DNA of 64,000 bases from positions 66,822-130,821 of the forward strand of contig JBEKIG010000002.1 of NCBI GenBank assembly GCA_050011875.1, given 5' to 3'. The position numbers were made by a program, and so were the translations under genes. Under the pieces are notes generated by a model that saw only the letters and a list, made by a program, of their open reading frames with translations, did no database searches and was not told where the DNA came from. Below are positions 19,092-29,778 of the stretch, in pieces; position 1 is the stretch's first letter, and each line of letters begins with the position of its first letter. Source of the stretch: Nitrososphaeria archaeon. GTDB lineage: Archaea > Thermoproteota > Nitrososphaeria > JACIWG01.

Positions 19092-20189
19092 TTATGTCAC
19101 CGTAAATCCCCTTGTATATAACGTTGCGAGGTCATCGACTGACTTCACAATCAAATCTGCGCCTTGCTCTATAAAGAATTTTTCGACAGCCAAAGGATCT
19201 TCCTTGAGTCCTGTTATACCTGCAAACATAATTTGAGTTAAACTTTTTTTTGCGTTATTAGCCATTAGAACATCCTCAGATGAGTCACCGACATATAATG
19301 TAACAGAATTTCCAGCTAAATTTAGAAGCGGTAAAGGAGAAGGTTTTTTCATCGGAATTGCCTTTTTGTTGTCTCGTCTGACAACATCCTCTATAAAGAT
19401 TGAAGAATCAAGGTCAAAATATTCTATGAGAGATCCTAAAACATGTTCTACGCCAATTCTTGAACGCCCTGTAAGCATAAAAAAAGGTAAACCGATATCT
19501 GTTCCAAGCTTTTTAAATGATTTTTCGTTTACCGCCGCTCTCTCATTTCCAATTAGTCCTTCCCTAGTCAATATAGGTCTTGAGCCATAGATCTTCTTAT
19601 AAATTTTGTTACCATAGTATATCGAATCGAAAAGTTTAACGAGTGAACTCTTTGAAGGATTTAATGGTACACCGAGTTCTTCTATTAATTGCTGGAATTC
19701 ATCCAAAGTTCCTTTTTTATTACATGTCGATATTGCGTATTTGTCTACATCAGAGATCGGATCAGTTTTAAGAGAGCTGAGGAAAGTCTTAAATTGTAAC
19801 TGCAATGACTTCTCGTTTATTTCTTCGCTCGCCTGATTAAACCCGCCACATTTCAACCAAAATAGGATTGCTTTTGCCGATTCCCTTGACAGCTGTGAAA
19901 AAATGAAGACTGTCAAGGCGTATACAGCATCCCACTCGTTGTTATAGAGCCCGCTTTCCCTCAATTTTTCAATCTGCGTTCGATCTATAGGTGATTTTTT
20001 CCTCAGGGGCCTAAAAATGTAGTTGAGAACTTCAATTATCGTGGAGTCATACGAATTTCTTGAATCAACGAGAACGCCATCGCAATCAAATACTAGGTGA
20101 TTAGCTGAATTTAGTTTACCCAAGCTCCTGTTAAGCAACAATGCTCTCCCCTTGCTCAGTCTGATTTCTAAATAGTTATTGACTGACAA
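19092..20189 (-). CDS. HAD-superfamily phosphatase with a large cap domain, embedded in the his operon (candidate histidinol-phosphatase)
   Basis: Motif I is VFDCDGVLVDS and the C-terminal motifs are K..GDSSED. It overlaps hisC by 14 nt and ends 1 nt from hisB. Confidence 0.6.
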   Translation of the reverse strand: MSVNNYLEIRLSKGRALLLNRSLGKLNSANHLVFDCDGVLVDSRNSYDSTIIEVLNYIFRPLRKKSPIDRTQIEKLRESGLYNNEWDAVYALTVFIFSQLSRESAKAILFWLKCGGFNQASEEINEKSLQLQFKTFLSSLKTDPISDVDKYAISTCNKKGTLDEFQQLIEELGVPLNPSKSSLVKLFDSIYYGNKIYKKIYGSRPILTREGLIGNERAAVNEKSFKKLGTDIGLPFFMLTGRSRIGVEHVLGSLIEYFDLDSSIFIEDVVRRDNKKAIPMKKPSPLPLLNLAGNSVTLYVGDSSEDVLMANNAKKSLTQIMFAGITGLKEDPLAVEKFFIEQGADLIVKSVDDLATLYTRGFTVT

Positions 20190-21243
20190 TCTTCTTCACT
20201 AGTTTGAAAAAAGTTTGGTTCATTTCACCTGTTCCGACTGTAACTCTAAAATAGTGTTCGCCGAATATCTTCCCAATGTTCCTAATCATTACGCCCTTAT
20301 CGTACAATTGATTATAGAATTTGTCAGGGTCAATAGGAGAGCGGAAAAGTATAAAGTTCGCCTCTGATTTGTAGGCTTCAACCCCCACCGATTTAAGGTC
20401 GTTATAGAGTTTTTCCCTTTCAACCTTAAGTCTATCGACCGCATCTTCTATGATCTTTCTGTTTTGAAGAAGCTTGATGGCGATTCTAGCAGAGAAGTTT
20501 ACGATGGGGTATGTTAACTGAGCAACAGTTGAGATCGGCTTCGATATTTTGGGGTTAGCTATCATGTAACCTATTCTCAATCCAGCTAAGCCATACGACT
20601 TCGAGAAAGTTCTCAATACAATAAGATTTTTATATTCATTAATCAAAGAATAAACGGAGTATTTTGCGAAATCAACGTATGCTTCATCGACGACTACGAG
20701 ACCGTCAAGTCTGTTAACCACTTCTCTTACAATCTCTATGGGAAACTGATTGCCTGTTGGATTATTTGGTGAACAAAGTATGACTAATGTGGCCCCCTGT
20801 CCTTCTTGAACAAATTTATCGAGGTCCAAAGAGAAATCTGGTTTAAGTGGCACAGCTACATATTCACCTCCATTAAAAATTGTCCTATAGCGATAAACTG
20901 GAAAGGTGGGGAAGATTGAGACAATTTTTTGTTCCGGGGCAAAAATGTTAAGCAGTATGTCGATGAGCTGATCTTCTCCAGAACCCACAGTAATACTGTC
21001 TTCACCCAAATTTAGAAACCTTGAGAGAACCTTAATTAATTCAACGTTTTCTATATTTGGGTAGAGCCTTAAATCAACTTCATTAAGCACTTCTTCAGCT
21101 AATCTTCTTAGAAGATCTCTGTCCATAAGAAAATTCTCGTTAGCATTAAGCCTTAGAATTACATTTTCCACGTCTTCCATGGGATAGAATTCGTACTTGT
21201 TCAAGTTTTCGAGCCTATCAGCTACTACCCTGTTAAGCATCAT
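20176..21243 (-). CDS. hisC: Histidinol-phosphate aminotransferase
   Basis: A class I/II aminotransferase pattern (NANENF.., TFSKSYGLAGLRIGY) in operon position between hisD and the HAD gene. Confidence 0.8.
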   Translation of the reverse strand: MMLNRVVADRLENLNKYEFYPMEDVENVILRLNANENFLMDRDLLRRLAEEVLNEVDLRLYPNIENVELIKVLSRFLNLGEDSITVGSGEDQLIDILLNIFAPEQKIVSIFPTFPVYRYRTIFNGGEYVAVPLKPDFSLDLDKFVQEGQGATLVILCSPNNPTGNQFPIEIVREVVNRLDGLVVVDEAYVDFAKYSVYSLINEYKNLIVLRTFSKSYGLAGLRIGYMIANPKISKPISTVAQLTYPIVNFSARIAIKLLQNRKIIEDAVDRLKVEREKLYNDLKSVGVEAYKSEANFILFRSPIDPDKFYNQLYDKGVMIRNIGKIFGEHYFRVTVGTGEMNQTFFKLVKKIVSQ

Positions 21244-22556
21244 TTTCTTCCCACTAAATATTCTATTGACTTCAAATGGTTAGTTAGTCCTTCTGAGGAA
21301 GCTAACGTCTTGATCGTTGGTAACGATTTAACGATCCCAGACTTCGACGCTATGACCACTCTAACCAACTTAATATAGTCTAACACGTTTAATCCGCCTC
21401 GATTTAACGCGTAACAGTCAGTTGGAAGAACATGATTTACTCCTACGAAATAGTCCGTCACAACACTCGACGAATTAACTATGATCACTCCGGCATTTCC
21501 AATTTTGTCTACGATTCGATTAAAATCTTTTGAAATTACTTCAAAGTGTTCAGGGGCAAAACCGTTAACGAAATCAACTACGGTATCTACGCCATCAGCA
21601 ACGATAACAAATCCCTTGCCTTCGAGAGCTGCTGTGACTATTTCTTTACGGTCCACGGTCCCAATTATCTTTGATACCTCACTCACTACTTTTTCAGCCA
21701 GCTCTTGGGAACAGGTTATGAGCCCGCAAACAGAGTCTGTTCCATGTTCCGCTTGAGATATTAAATCTAGAGCGATAGACTTAGCATCGGCTCCACTATC
21801 TGCATAGATTATTATTTCTGTAGGCCCAGCTGGCATGTCTACTTGAACGTCTCTTGTAACTATTGTTTTAGCTTTTGTAACATAAGCATTACCGGGACCA
21901 ACTATCTTATCAACTGGCGCTATTGTCTCTGTGCCGTATGCAAGGGCTGCGATAGCCTGCGCACCTCCGATCCGGTAAACTTCTGAAGCACCCGCGATAT
22001 CGGAGGCAACAAGCATCAATGGAGTGAGTTTATTTGGCGGTGTTGCAACAACTGTTCTTTCTACACCGGCTACTTTGGCCGGAACCACGGTCATCAATAG
22101 TGTACTTGGATACGATGCCTTCCCACCGGGGATATAGCATCCCACACTACGGATAGGTCTTGTTGTCTGACGAATAATGAAACCATTAGCTTTAAGTGTT
22201 ATGTTCAGTCTATCCTTTGTTTTTTTTTCTAATTTCTGAATGTTCTTTTTTAAGGTATATAGCGCTCGAACCTCTTTTTCATTTACCTTTCTATAAGCCT
22301 GTTGTATTTCTTCCTGAGTAATTCGAAGCAAATTTTGCCTTAAAGATATGCCATCAAATTGCCTTGTGTATTCTATCAGAGCATTATCACCCCTTTTTCT
22401 AACATCGTCCACTATTTCCACAACCTTTTTGTCAAGTTCAATATCCAAATCAGATTTCTTTCTTACTTCATTTAGTACATGATCTATATCGTTCTTAGCT
22501 AGTTTGAAGAATTTCATGTCATTTTCCACCGTTTTCTTCTTTGGCGATATCCTCAA
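21240..22556 (-). CDS. hisD: Histidinol dehydrogenase
   Basis: A 438 aa protein with the HisD pattern (..QAEHG..), overlapping hisC by 4 nt. Confidence 0.85.
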   Translation of the reverse strand: MRISPKKKTVENDMKFFKLAKNDIDHVLNEVRKKSDLDIELDKKVVEIVDDVRKRGDNALIEYTRQFDGISLRQNLLRITQEEIQQAYRKVNEKEVRALYTLKKNIQKLEKKTKDRLNITLKANGFIIRQTTRPIRSVGCYIPGGKASYPSTLLMTVVPAKVAGVERTVVATPPNKLTPLMLVASDIAGASEVYRIGGAQAIAALAYGTETIAPVDKIVGPGNAYVTKAKTIVTRDVQVDMPAGPTEIIIYADSGADAKSIALDLISQAEHGTDSVCGLITCSQELAEKVVSEVSKIIGTVDRKEIVTAALEGKGFVIVADGVDTVVDFVNGFAPEHFEVISKDFNRIVDKIGNAGVIIVNSSSVVTDYFVGVNHVLPTDCYALNRGGLNVLDYIKLVRVVIASKSGIVKSLPTIKTLASSEGLTNHLKSIEYLVGRK

Positions 22557-23502
22557 GCGGCATTATCAGTTGGGGCTCGTGTACTACAAGACCTTGAGCC
22601 ACTTTTCGAAGTTTAGGTAGCAATCTTATGTAATCAGACCTGTTAATGATGGTGTTGACAGCATACCAACCGGGCTTAGAAAGGGGGCTTATCGTTGGAC
22701 CTTTAAGCCCAGGAAGCAGACTGATAAGCTCCTGTAGTTTACCCTCTTCAACATTGACAAATATGTGCAGCTTCTTGCTGCTTTCAATTACACCCCTAAA
22801 GAGCGCAACCACATCGTAGATCTTTTCTCTTTTATTTGGATCATTTAAAGAAGCTTTGTTAGCGATTAGAACCGCTTTAGACCTAACTATTACATCTATG
22901 GGTTTTAATCCGTTTTGTTCTAAAGTCGTACCAGTTTCTGACACATCAGCTATTGCATCAGCTTCTTCTGGAGGTTTAGCTTCTGTGGCACCGAAAGAAA
23001 GGTAGACTTGAACGTGCTTGTTATCACCGGTCTTCCACCATGGTGTTACAATAATTGGTTTCTCTCTGCCGTAGAGTTTTTTATATTCTCTGAGATCAGA
23101 TATATACCGAGACACGGATGATGGGTACTCCGTCGATATTCTAATGATCTTATCGGAAGCATGATATGATTCAAGAAGTTTCTCGAATGAATCTACGTTA
23201 ATTGTTTTTGGAACCGCTATCATAAGATTTACAGCACCATACTCCAAATTTAAAAGAACTTTTACACGCGCTTTAGTTTCTTGAACCCAGTCAAGGCCTG
23301 TTATTCCGATGTCATAAAGACCGTCGGAAACGTAGATAGGTATTTCCTGAGGTCTTAGAATCTTAAACTTTATCTCAGAGTCATCGGATGTGGGGCGATA
23401 GCTTCGTTCTTTTCCGTATATTCTAATAAACGCTTTCTCAAGAAAGTCGTAGGTTGACTTTTCAAGTGATCCTTTTGGTATAGCAAAAAGTATTCTAGAC
23501 AA
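22519..23502 (-). CDS. hisG: ATP phosphoribosyltransferase (long form)
   Basis: The N-terminal HisG pattern (AIPKGSL, TGLDW) is present. The 327 aa length implies a C-terminal regulatory domain. It is the first gene of the operon. Confidence 0.8.
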   Translation of the reverse strand: MSRILFAIPKGSLEKSTYDFLEKAFIRIYGKERSYRPTSDDSEIKFKILRPQEIPIYVSDGLYDIGITGLDWVQETKARVKVLLNLEYGAVNLMIAVPKTINVDSFEKLLESYHASDKIIRISTEYPSSVSRYISDLREYKKLYGREKPIIVTPWWKTGDNKHVQVYLSFGATEAKPPEEADAIADVSETGTTLEQNGLKPIDVIVRSKAVLIANKASLNDPNKREKIYDVVALFRGVIESSKKLHIFVNVEEGKLQELISLLPGLKGPTISPLSKPGWYAVNTIINRSDYIRLLPKLRKVAQGLVVHEPQLIMPLEDIAKEENGGK

Positions 23503-23747
23503 AAAATAACACCTTCCAGACCGCTAAATTATTTGATTCCTTTTTATCCTTATCTTCAATAAAATTTCTTAGTGTTACACAAAGTTCATAGGCTATTATG
23601 AACTAAACCACCCATCAGCTAACCACGCCAACATCTCATAAATAAAGTGTATATAAATATAGTGTAGAAATTTTCTATGAAATATATTATAACTAAACAG
23701 GATTTTCGATTATATCAATTTTTTAGTTAATACAACCTGTATTATAG

Positions 23748-24992
23748 ATGGTAAAACATTTATTTCAGCGTTCTCTGCCACATCAGACGATGGGTTCAGA
23801 AAAAAAGAGTACAAATAAAAACAATAAGAAGTACAAGGGTTTTTCAACGGAAAGCGTGCACGGTCACGACTTTTATGAAGTCGAAAAAGGCCTTTTCAAG
23901 GTTCCTATATATATGACTGCAATATGGGAACAGTTCGACAGAGTTACTGGAAAGGAAAGAAAAACTGAAAGGAACGTTGATCTTAAATATTCTAGAGAAG
24001 AAAATTTGACTGTTAACGCTTTTGAGAAGGCACTTTGTAAACTTGAACAAGGGGAAGATGCTTTAGCCTTTAACAGTGGCATGGCGGCGATATTAACTGT
24101 TTATCTTAGCTATCTATCTTCAGATGACACAATTTTGATAACAAAGGAGAGCTACGGTTTAACGCAGCAACTAGCGAGAGACATGGGTAAATACGGTATT
24201 AAAACAATTTTAGCTGGTCCCGAAACCGATGATTTAGTTAATTCAATTGATAAGCACGTCAAAATGGTTGTTATTGAGACAATTACGAACCCTCTGCTAA
24301 AGGTTGTGGACGTTGATGAAATCGCCAAAAGATGTCTAGAGGTAGGTGCAAAACTTTTAGTTGACAACACCTTCGCTACACCTTTACTTTTAAAACCGCT
24401 TAAACACAACGCATGGATCTCGATGAACAGCTTAACAAAGTACATAGGTGGACACAATGACCTAATCGGAGGATCTATCGCATCAGATTCGAAGAGCATC
24501 TTAGAGCTTTTTGACTGGCGTAAGAAAATAGGCAATATAATGAACCCCTTTGAAGCCTTCCTTATGATAAGAAGCCTGCCAACTTTAAAGATCAGGTTCA
24601 TGCAGGAATCGAAGACGGCGAAGGAGCTAGCTGAATATTTGCTTAATCATAGGGGAGTTGAAGAAGTTTATTATCCAGGATTAAAGAACAGCCCTTACCT
24701 CGATGTCGCGAACAGGTTGTTCGAAGAGAAGGCGTATGGCGGTGTTTTAAGCTTTAAGATTAAGGGAGCAAAGGACGAGGTTTTAAGATTTCTTATGCGC
24801 CTACAGATCGTTAAAGCATCTCCGAGCCTCGGTGGCGTAGAATCACTGGCCACATACCCCGTTCTAAGCGCTTCGCGTGGCATGGAACCTGAGGTAAGAG
24901 AGGAGCTGGGCATAACTGAGAATCTTATAAGATTGTCTGTAGGTCTCGAAGATGTTGAGGATTTGAAGGAAGACATCGACAACGCACTATAG
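23748..24992 (+). CDS. Cys/Met-metabolism PLP-dependent enzyme (cystathionine gamma-synthase / O-acetylhomoserine sulfhydrylase family)
   Basis: The PLP-lysine signature SLTKYIGGHND is present. The true start may be the internal MGSEKK. Confidence 0.75.
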   Translation: MVKHLFQRSLPHQTMGSEKKSTNKNNKKYKGFSTESVHGHDFYEVEKGLFKVPIYMTAIWEQFDRVTGKERKTERNVDLKYSREENLTVNAFEKALCKLEQGEDALAFNSGMAAILTVYLSYLSSDDTILITKESYGLTQQLARDMGKYGIKTILAGPETDDLVNSIDKHVKMVVIETITNPLLKVVDVDEIAKRCLEVGAKLLVDNTFATPLLLKPLKHNAWISMNSLTKYIGGHNDLIGGSIASDSKSILELFDWRKKIGNIMNPFEAFLMIRSLPTLKIRFMQESKTAKELAEYLLNHRGVEEVYYPGLKNSPYLDVANRLFEEKAYGGVLSFKIKGAKDEVLRFLMRLQIVKASPSLGGVESLATYPVLSASRGMEPEVREELGITENLIRLSVGLEDVEDLKEDIDNAL

Positions 24993-25078
24993 AACACCTA
25001 ATTTACACAAATTCTATCGGAACTCTCTTTCCCACTAAGTACGGTGTATGTTATTGATAAATTTCAAGCCAAAGATTT

Positions 25079-25558
25079 TTACCCGCCAGGTCCACCGTGT
25101 AACACCGCATCTTTCCAGACCATATCCCATACAACATCTTCTGTAAGTGCTTCTTTTGACATTATCGCGTTTTTCAGCTCCTGAAATATCCTGTGATGTT
25201 TACCTTCATCTTCTAGTATTATATTAAGTATCATCTTTAACCTATAATCGTCAACAGATTGTATTATCTTTTTAACTCCGTCGTAAAGATGTGCCTCATT
25301 TTTGATGTGAAAGTCGATTTCTTCCTGGATTTTTTCAATGTCACTTTCAGGCACCATCTTCCTTTCTTTGTCTAGAAGATCTATTGCAGATAGATAGAGG
25401 TTAGAATGCTTCTCGGAATCTAAAGCTGTTACTTGGATAAGAGACTTAATCACGTTGCTATCTATTTGGTCGGCAAGTTTATGAAGCTTCTTAGATAGGT
25501 CATATTCTTCACCGACCATTTCGTTAAGAACGTTTCTGACATCAATTTTAATACTCAT
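25079..25558 (-). CDS. Hypothetical protein (possibly ferritin-like, with E..H motifs)
   Basis: A 159 aa acidic helical protein with two E-x-H-like clusters. No firm family could be assigned. Confidence 0.3.
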   Translation of the reverse strand: MSIKIDVRNVLNEMVGEEYDLSKKLHKLADQIDSNVIKSLIQVTALDSEKHSNLYLSAIDLLDKERKMVPESDIEKIQEEIDFHIKNEAHLYDGVKKIIQSVDDYRLKMILNIILEDEGKHHRIFQELKNAIMSKEALTEDVVWDMVWKDAVLHGGPGG

Positions 25559-26323
25559 GTTTTAAAAGTGTTCTTTAAAATATATATAAATCTTTACATA
25601 TTTATCGACATTGAGATAACCAAATAACTTACAAAAAGTTTTATTGAAGTTCAATTTAGCGTTTACGCTGCTGCCGACTAAATCCCAGACTAATGATTCT
25701 GTGAAAGGTTTAAAGAAAAAAGGTTTATTCTTGTAGAAGGTATAATATTTGATTTCTGTCAAAACCTTACAAGCTTTCTCTTTTACTCACAGAAATGTTT
25801 TCAGAAAATAGGGTGAAAAATTCAAGTTGGCAGCCGTGACTCTGGTTTACACCTATTTTCGTCCAAGCCGCGATAGCTTTACCTTCAGGTTTTGAACATT
25901 ATGATTAGGTTATATAGCTTATCTGATCAATAATATTTCAGTTAACCTAATCGACTGCACTTTTTTTAAACATGATAGAAGCTATTGAAAAAATTAGACT
26001 TTGAAATAAAGCTCAAATTCGCTATCGTGAAGAGTCTAGCTCTGTTTAAAATCATGAAACACCTTGGACTCAATGGTATTAGGTTACTAGTTAAACCTCT
26101 TGAGTTTACAACCGACTTAATATTCCGAATTTTCAAGTAGTTGTAATTTAATTCTTGAATTTATTTCTACACTTAGTTTATCCAACACTGTTTAAGAAAA
26201 AGTCAATCAGATGGGAGTGTTGGGTAAACTTTGTTTTGGGTTTATAATTAAATGTTAAGATTTCATGTGTAAAACAAGTGCAAAGGTGCTCCTTGTAAAA
26301 TGTTGCCCCCTATAGGGATTCAG

Positions 26324-26845
26324 TCAATGCAGTCCTTTGTCCCAAGGGAACACTTTATACTTCCGATAATAGTCAGCGATTCCTCCTTCAGTAATTATTT
26401 CTAGCATGAATTGAGGATAAGGTTTTATTTGATCGATTAAATTAATTTTTTCATCAGTTATTCTACCTTCAGCTAAGTCAATTGAAAGCACATCTCCATC
26501 CTTCACATTTTCGATAAACTTGGATGACGCAACAACCGTTGGTAGACCAACGTTCACTGAATTTCTAAAAAATATCCTTGCGAAGGATTCTGCTATTACG
26601 GCTTTCACACCAGCTGCTTTAAGCACTCTAGGAGCCTGCTCCCTGCTAGACCCGCAACCGAAGTTTTTGCCCGCAACTATAACACTGCCGACAGCCATTC
26701 TATCCCTGAGCTTAGGGTCAAGGTCTTCGAAAACAAACTTCGTAAGCTCACTTATGACCTGCGTCCTATATTTGTATTTCCCAGATATTATCAAATCAGT
26801 GTTTATATGGTCACCTAATTTAACGCATGTCGCTGTTATTTTCAT
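26324..26845 (-). CDS. leuD: 3-isopropylmalate / homoaconitate dehydratase small subunit
   Basis: The LeuD-type swivel domain with GKNFGCGSSRE is present. It overlaps leuC by 4 nt. Confidence 0.75.
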   Translation of the reverse strand: MKITATCVKLGDHINTDLIISGKYKYRTQVISELTKFVFEDLDPKLRDRMAVGSVIVAGKNFGCGSSREQAPRVLKAAGVKAVIAESFARIFFRNSVNVGLPTVVASSKFIENVKDGDVLSIDLAEGRITDEKINLIDQIKPYPQFMLEIITEGGIADYYRKYKVFPWDKGLH

Positions 26846-28104
26846 GTAACATCACCATATTTCCTTGGATCAGTTATCTTGCCCTCTAAGGCTGTTGCAG
26901 CTGCCGTTGCCGGACTAGCTAGGAATATCTTTGATGTACTTGCCCCCATCCTTCCTGTAAAGTTTCTATTACTAGTGGACACGGCGATTTCTTCTTCGCC
27001 TAGAAGCCCCATATGAGCTCCAATACATGGACCACAAGTCGGCGGACCAACAGTGCACCCTGCACTTACAAGTTTCTGAAGATAGCCATCTTTCAGAGCT
27101 TCCAAATAAAGCCTCCTTGAGGCAGGAATTACGATACACCTTACTTTAACATGTTTTCCTTCAAGGATTTTTGTAGCAACCTTAATGTCTTCAATTCGTC
27201 CATTTGTGCAACTGCCTATGAACACTTGGTCAACTTCCAAACCCTCGACCTCAGTTACGTTTTTAACGTTATCAACATTCGAGGGTGCTGCCACCATCGG
27301 TTCAAGCTTTCCAGCATCGAAGTATAGCTCTCTAACATATTTGGCTTCCTTATCAGATTTAATAGCTTCAAAGCTGACTATTCTGTTCTTAAGCCAAGAT
27401 TCTGTTTTTTCATTAAGTTCCATAGGGCATGCTTTTGCGCCCATCTCGACTGCCATATTAGCGATTGTCATCCTGCCATCAACGGAAAGTCCATCTATGC
27501 AAGAGCCGTGATATTCGACAGCTTCATAGGTTAGTCCATCTGCTTTAACCGCACCCAGAACCTGAAGAACGATGTCCTTTGACATAACCATGTTCCGAAG
27601 CTTTCCATCAACAGTGATCTTGACGGTCTCTGGCACCTTAAACCAGAGCTTCCCCGTTGCCATCGCTAAAGCTGCATCAGTGCTGCCGACGCCTGTCGCA
27701 AAGGCGTTGAAAGCGCCGTGTGTTACACTATGGGAGTCCGCCCCTATAACGACATTTCCCGGTTTAACATACCCTTCTTCAGGTAAAACTTGGTGACAGA
27801 TACCTGAACCGATATCAAAAAGTTTCAAACCTTGCTGTTTTGCGAACTTCCTTAAAGAAACGTGAATATTCGAAATCTGTGGAGATGGACTAGGTGCTGC
27901 ATGGTCTATGAAGAAGACGACTTTAGTTGGGTCAAAAACCTTCTTGATTCCCAGCTCTTCCATTGATTCGATGGCGAGCAACGCTGTGCCGTCGTGCGCG
28001 AATACGACATCAATATTTGATGTAACAAAGTCTCCTGAGGAGACTTCTTTCTTTCCCGACGATTTTGCCAGGATTTTCTCAACAATCGTTGACATAACTT
28101 TCAC
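26842..28104 (-). CDS. leuC: 3-isopropylmalate / homoaconitate dehydratase large subunit (aconitase family)
   Basis: A 420 aa aconitase-family protein with Cys ligands (..GSCTNG.., ..CGPCIG..). Confidence 0.8.
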   Translation of the reverse strand: MKVMSTIVEKILAKSSGKKEVSSGDFVTSNIDVVFAHDGTALLAIESMEELGIKKVFDPTKVVFFIDHAAPSPSPQISNIHVSLRKFAKQQGLKLFDIGSGICHQVLPEEGYVKPGNVVIGADSHSVTHGAFNAFATGVGSTDAALAMATGKLWFKVPETVKITVDGKLRNMVMSKDIVLQVLGAVKADGLTYEAVEYHGSCIDGLSVDGRMTIANMAVEMGAKACPMELNEKTESWLKNRIVSFEAIKSDKEAKYVRELYFDAGKLEPMVAAPSNVDNVKNVTEVEGLEVDQVFIGSCTNGRIEDIKVATKILEGKHVKVRCIVIPASRRLYLEALKDGYLQKLVSAGCTVGPPTCGPCIGAHMGLLGEEEIAVSTSNRNFTGRMGASTSKIFLASPATAAATALEGKITDPRKYGDVT

Positions 28105-28225
28105 GGTTCTACAGGAGTTAACTGATTTTCCCCTTGAACTATCATTCTATTTAACTCCTTAAATCCAAAACTATTCCTAATATAAACTTTTAAATTTTAG
28201 AGAAAAAAATTGTCTTAATAGAAAA

Positions 28226-28576
28226 TTAGCTGAAGATTTTTTTGATGCCGTTAAATAACTTGCCTAGAGCTGACACTTTGGGTTCAATTTCTTTTGGCAC
28301 GTAATTTGTTTGTGGTGCTGGAACTCCGCTTACAATGTCATGGAATGTTTTATATATCAAAACGCCTTTGTTCGTAGTTTTGTATAAGACACCTTCCCTA
28401 ATAACAAGGCCGTTCCCAAGCATTTTAACTAACGTTACATAAAGCGATGATTTTGGTAGGTTTGTTTTATCCAAAATATCTGGGAAAGATTTCATTGAAC
28501 CATCTAATGAACCTAAAATGATATACGCATTTTCATCTAATACACCCAAAACCATCCTATGAGGTTGCTTAGGCAC
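28226..28576 (-). CDS. Small winged-helix DNA-binding protein
   Basis: A 116 aa protein with a helix-turn-helix-like segment (LDKTNLPKSSLYVTLVKMLGNGLV). Confidence 0.35.
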   Translation of the reverse strand: MPKQPHRMVLGVLDENAYIILGSLDGSMKSFPDILDKTNLPKSSLYVTLVKMLGNGLVIREGVLYKTTNKGVLIYKTFHDIVSGVPAPQTNYVPKEIEPKVSALGKLFNGIKKIFS

Positions 28577-28617
28577 ATAAGCAACATCTAAGTTTATATA
28601 TATAAATATGAAGGAAA

Positions 28618-29031
28618 CTATTTCTGCTCTCCATTATCAGATTGTCCTTTTTTAGGTTGTTGAATCTGAGCCATTGGAGGTAGAGGTGGAGGTGGTATTT
28701 GGACGGTTTGAATCATCTGGGACTTTTTTACCTCTTCTATAACAGTATTGGAAATTACCTTTACAACCGAGGCAAAAGTGGCTACGCCGACAAAAAAGCC
28801 AACAAAAATAAAGATCAATAAGATAGGACCGGCATATTGTTGAATAATAGGTTGCACTTGCGTAACAATTTGAGTGCTGTTAAGGTTGCCTAGATTTCCG
28901 ATTCTGGATACTAAACTTGCTAAAATAGAGACGCTAAGAAATATAAAAATCAGGGCACCAATTATCGCCCATAGAGCGACCCAAAGAAATATTATGAATC
29001 CATTCCAAAAAGCTTTACCCCAACCGATCAT
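28618..29031 (-). CDS. Small membrane protein with a Pro-rich C-terminal tail
   Basis: Two or three TM helices are followed by PPPPLPP. Confidence 0.4.
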   Translation of the reverse strand: MIGWGKAFWNGFIIFLWVALWAIIGALIFIFLSVSILASLVSRIGNLGNLNSTQIVTQVQPIIQQYAGPILLIFIFVGFFVGVATFASVVKVISNTVIEEVKKSQMIQTVQIPPPPLPPMAQIQQPKKGQSDNGEQK

Positions 29032-29130
29032 CTACATCAAATTTTGCAAACACGTCTGTGATATAAATTTATCTTCAACAATTTTCACGATGAGAGTTTA
29101 ATACTTATATAAATAAGATGTGAAGCCTTT

Positions 29131-29433
29131 TTGAGTGGAATGGAAATCGTTTTATACGTTGAACAAAAAAATAATGAAAAACTTAAACAGGCTCTTTTTG
29201 GAGATGATATTGTTTCTAGATCAAATATCATCGTACACGAAGCTGCTTCCTTTGGAAAAAGTGCCGGATTTTATATAAGGGTGTTAGGTGACGAAAAACA
29301 ATGCAAGAAAGCCTTAGAACTTTCAAAGGATATGGGAATTGAAGTTACGGGTGAAGAAAAAGAGAAGGTGCTCAAACAGTTGAATGAGGAAAGTGAAAAA
29401 TCATTAGAAGGCTTTGGAGGCATATTCGGCTAA
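29131..29433 (+). CDS. Hypothetical protein
   Basis: A 100 aa ORF, followed by a palindrome plus T-tract terminator. Confidence 0.3.
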   Translation: MSGMEIVLYVEQKNNEKLKQALFGDDIVSRSNIIVHEAASFGKSAGFYIRVLGDEKQCKKALELSKDMGIEVTGEEKEKVLKQLNEESEKSLEGFGGIFG

Positions 29434-29484
29434 GTGTCTTTTTAAATAGATAACCAAATCTTATAACACATTATATTCTTAATA

Positions 29485-29510
29485 AAACAGTTAACTGTTT
29501 TTATTTTGAT
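29485..29510 (+). terminator. Palindrome AAACAGTTAACTGTTT followed by a T-rich tract
   Basis: A perfect 16-bp palindrome lies immediately 3' of the 29131..29433 ORF. Confidence 0.3.
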
Positions 29511-29778
29511 TATTAAGATTTAATGCTCTAAACACATGAAACGATTTTTAAAGCCTTCTAAAATGCTCTATAGGATATTTACCTATCACGGTTAAAACAG
29601 AATCAAAAAAAGAAAACCAAAACCAAGTATCCCATTTTATAAAAATCGCCAATGACATAAAGTTTTCCAGATATCCCAATCAAAGAGTTATTGTCTTTTG
29701 AATTGTACGCTTTATTTCCATCAAAAAGAAGGAGAAAATGTTCAATTTCCAATTTCGAGACTTTTCCATCCCCAAATT

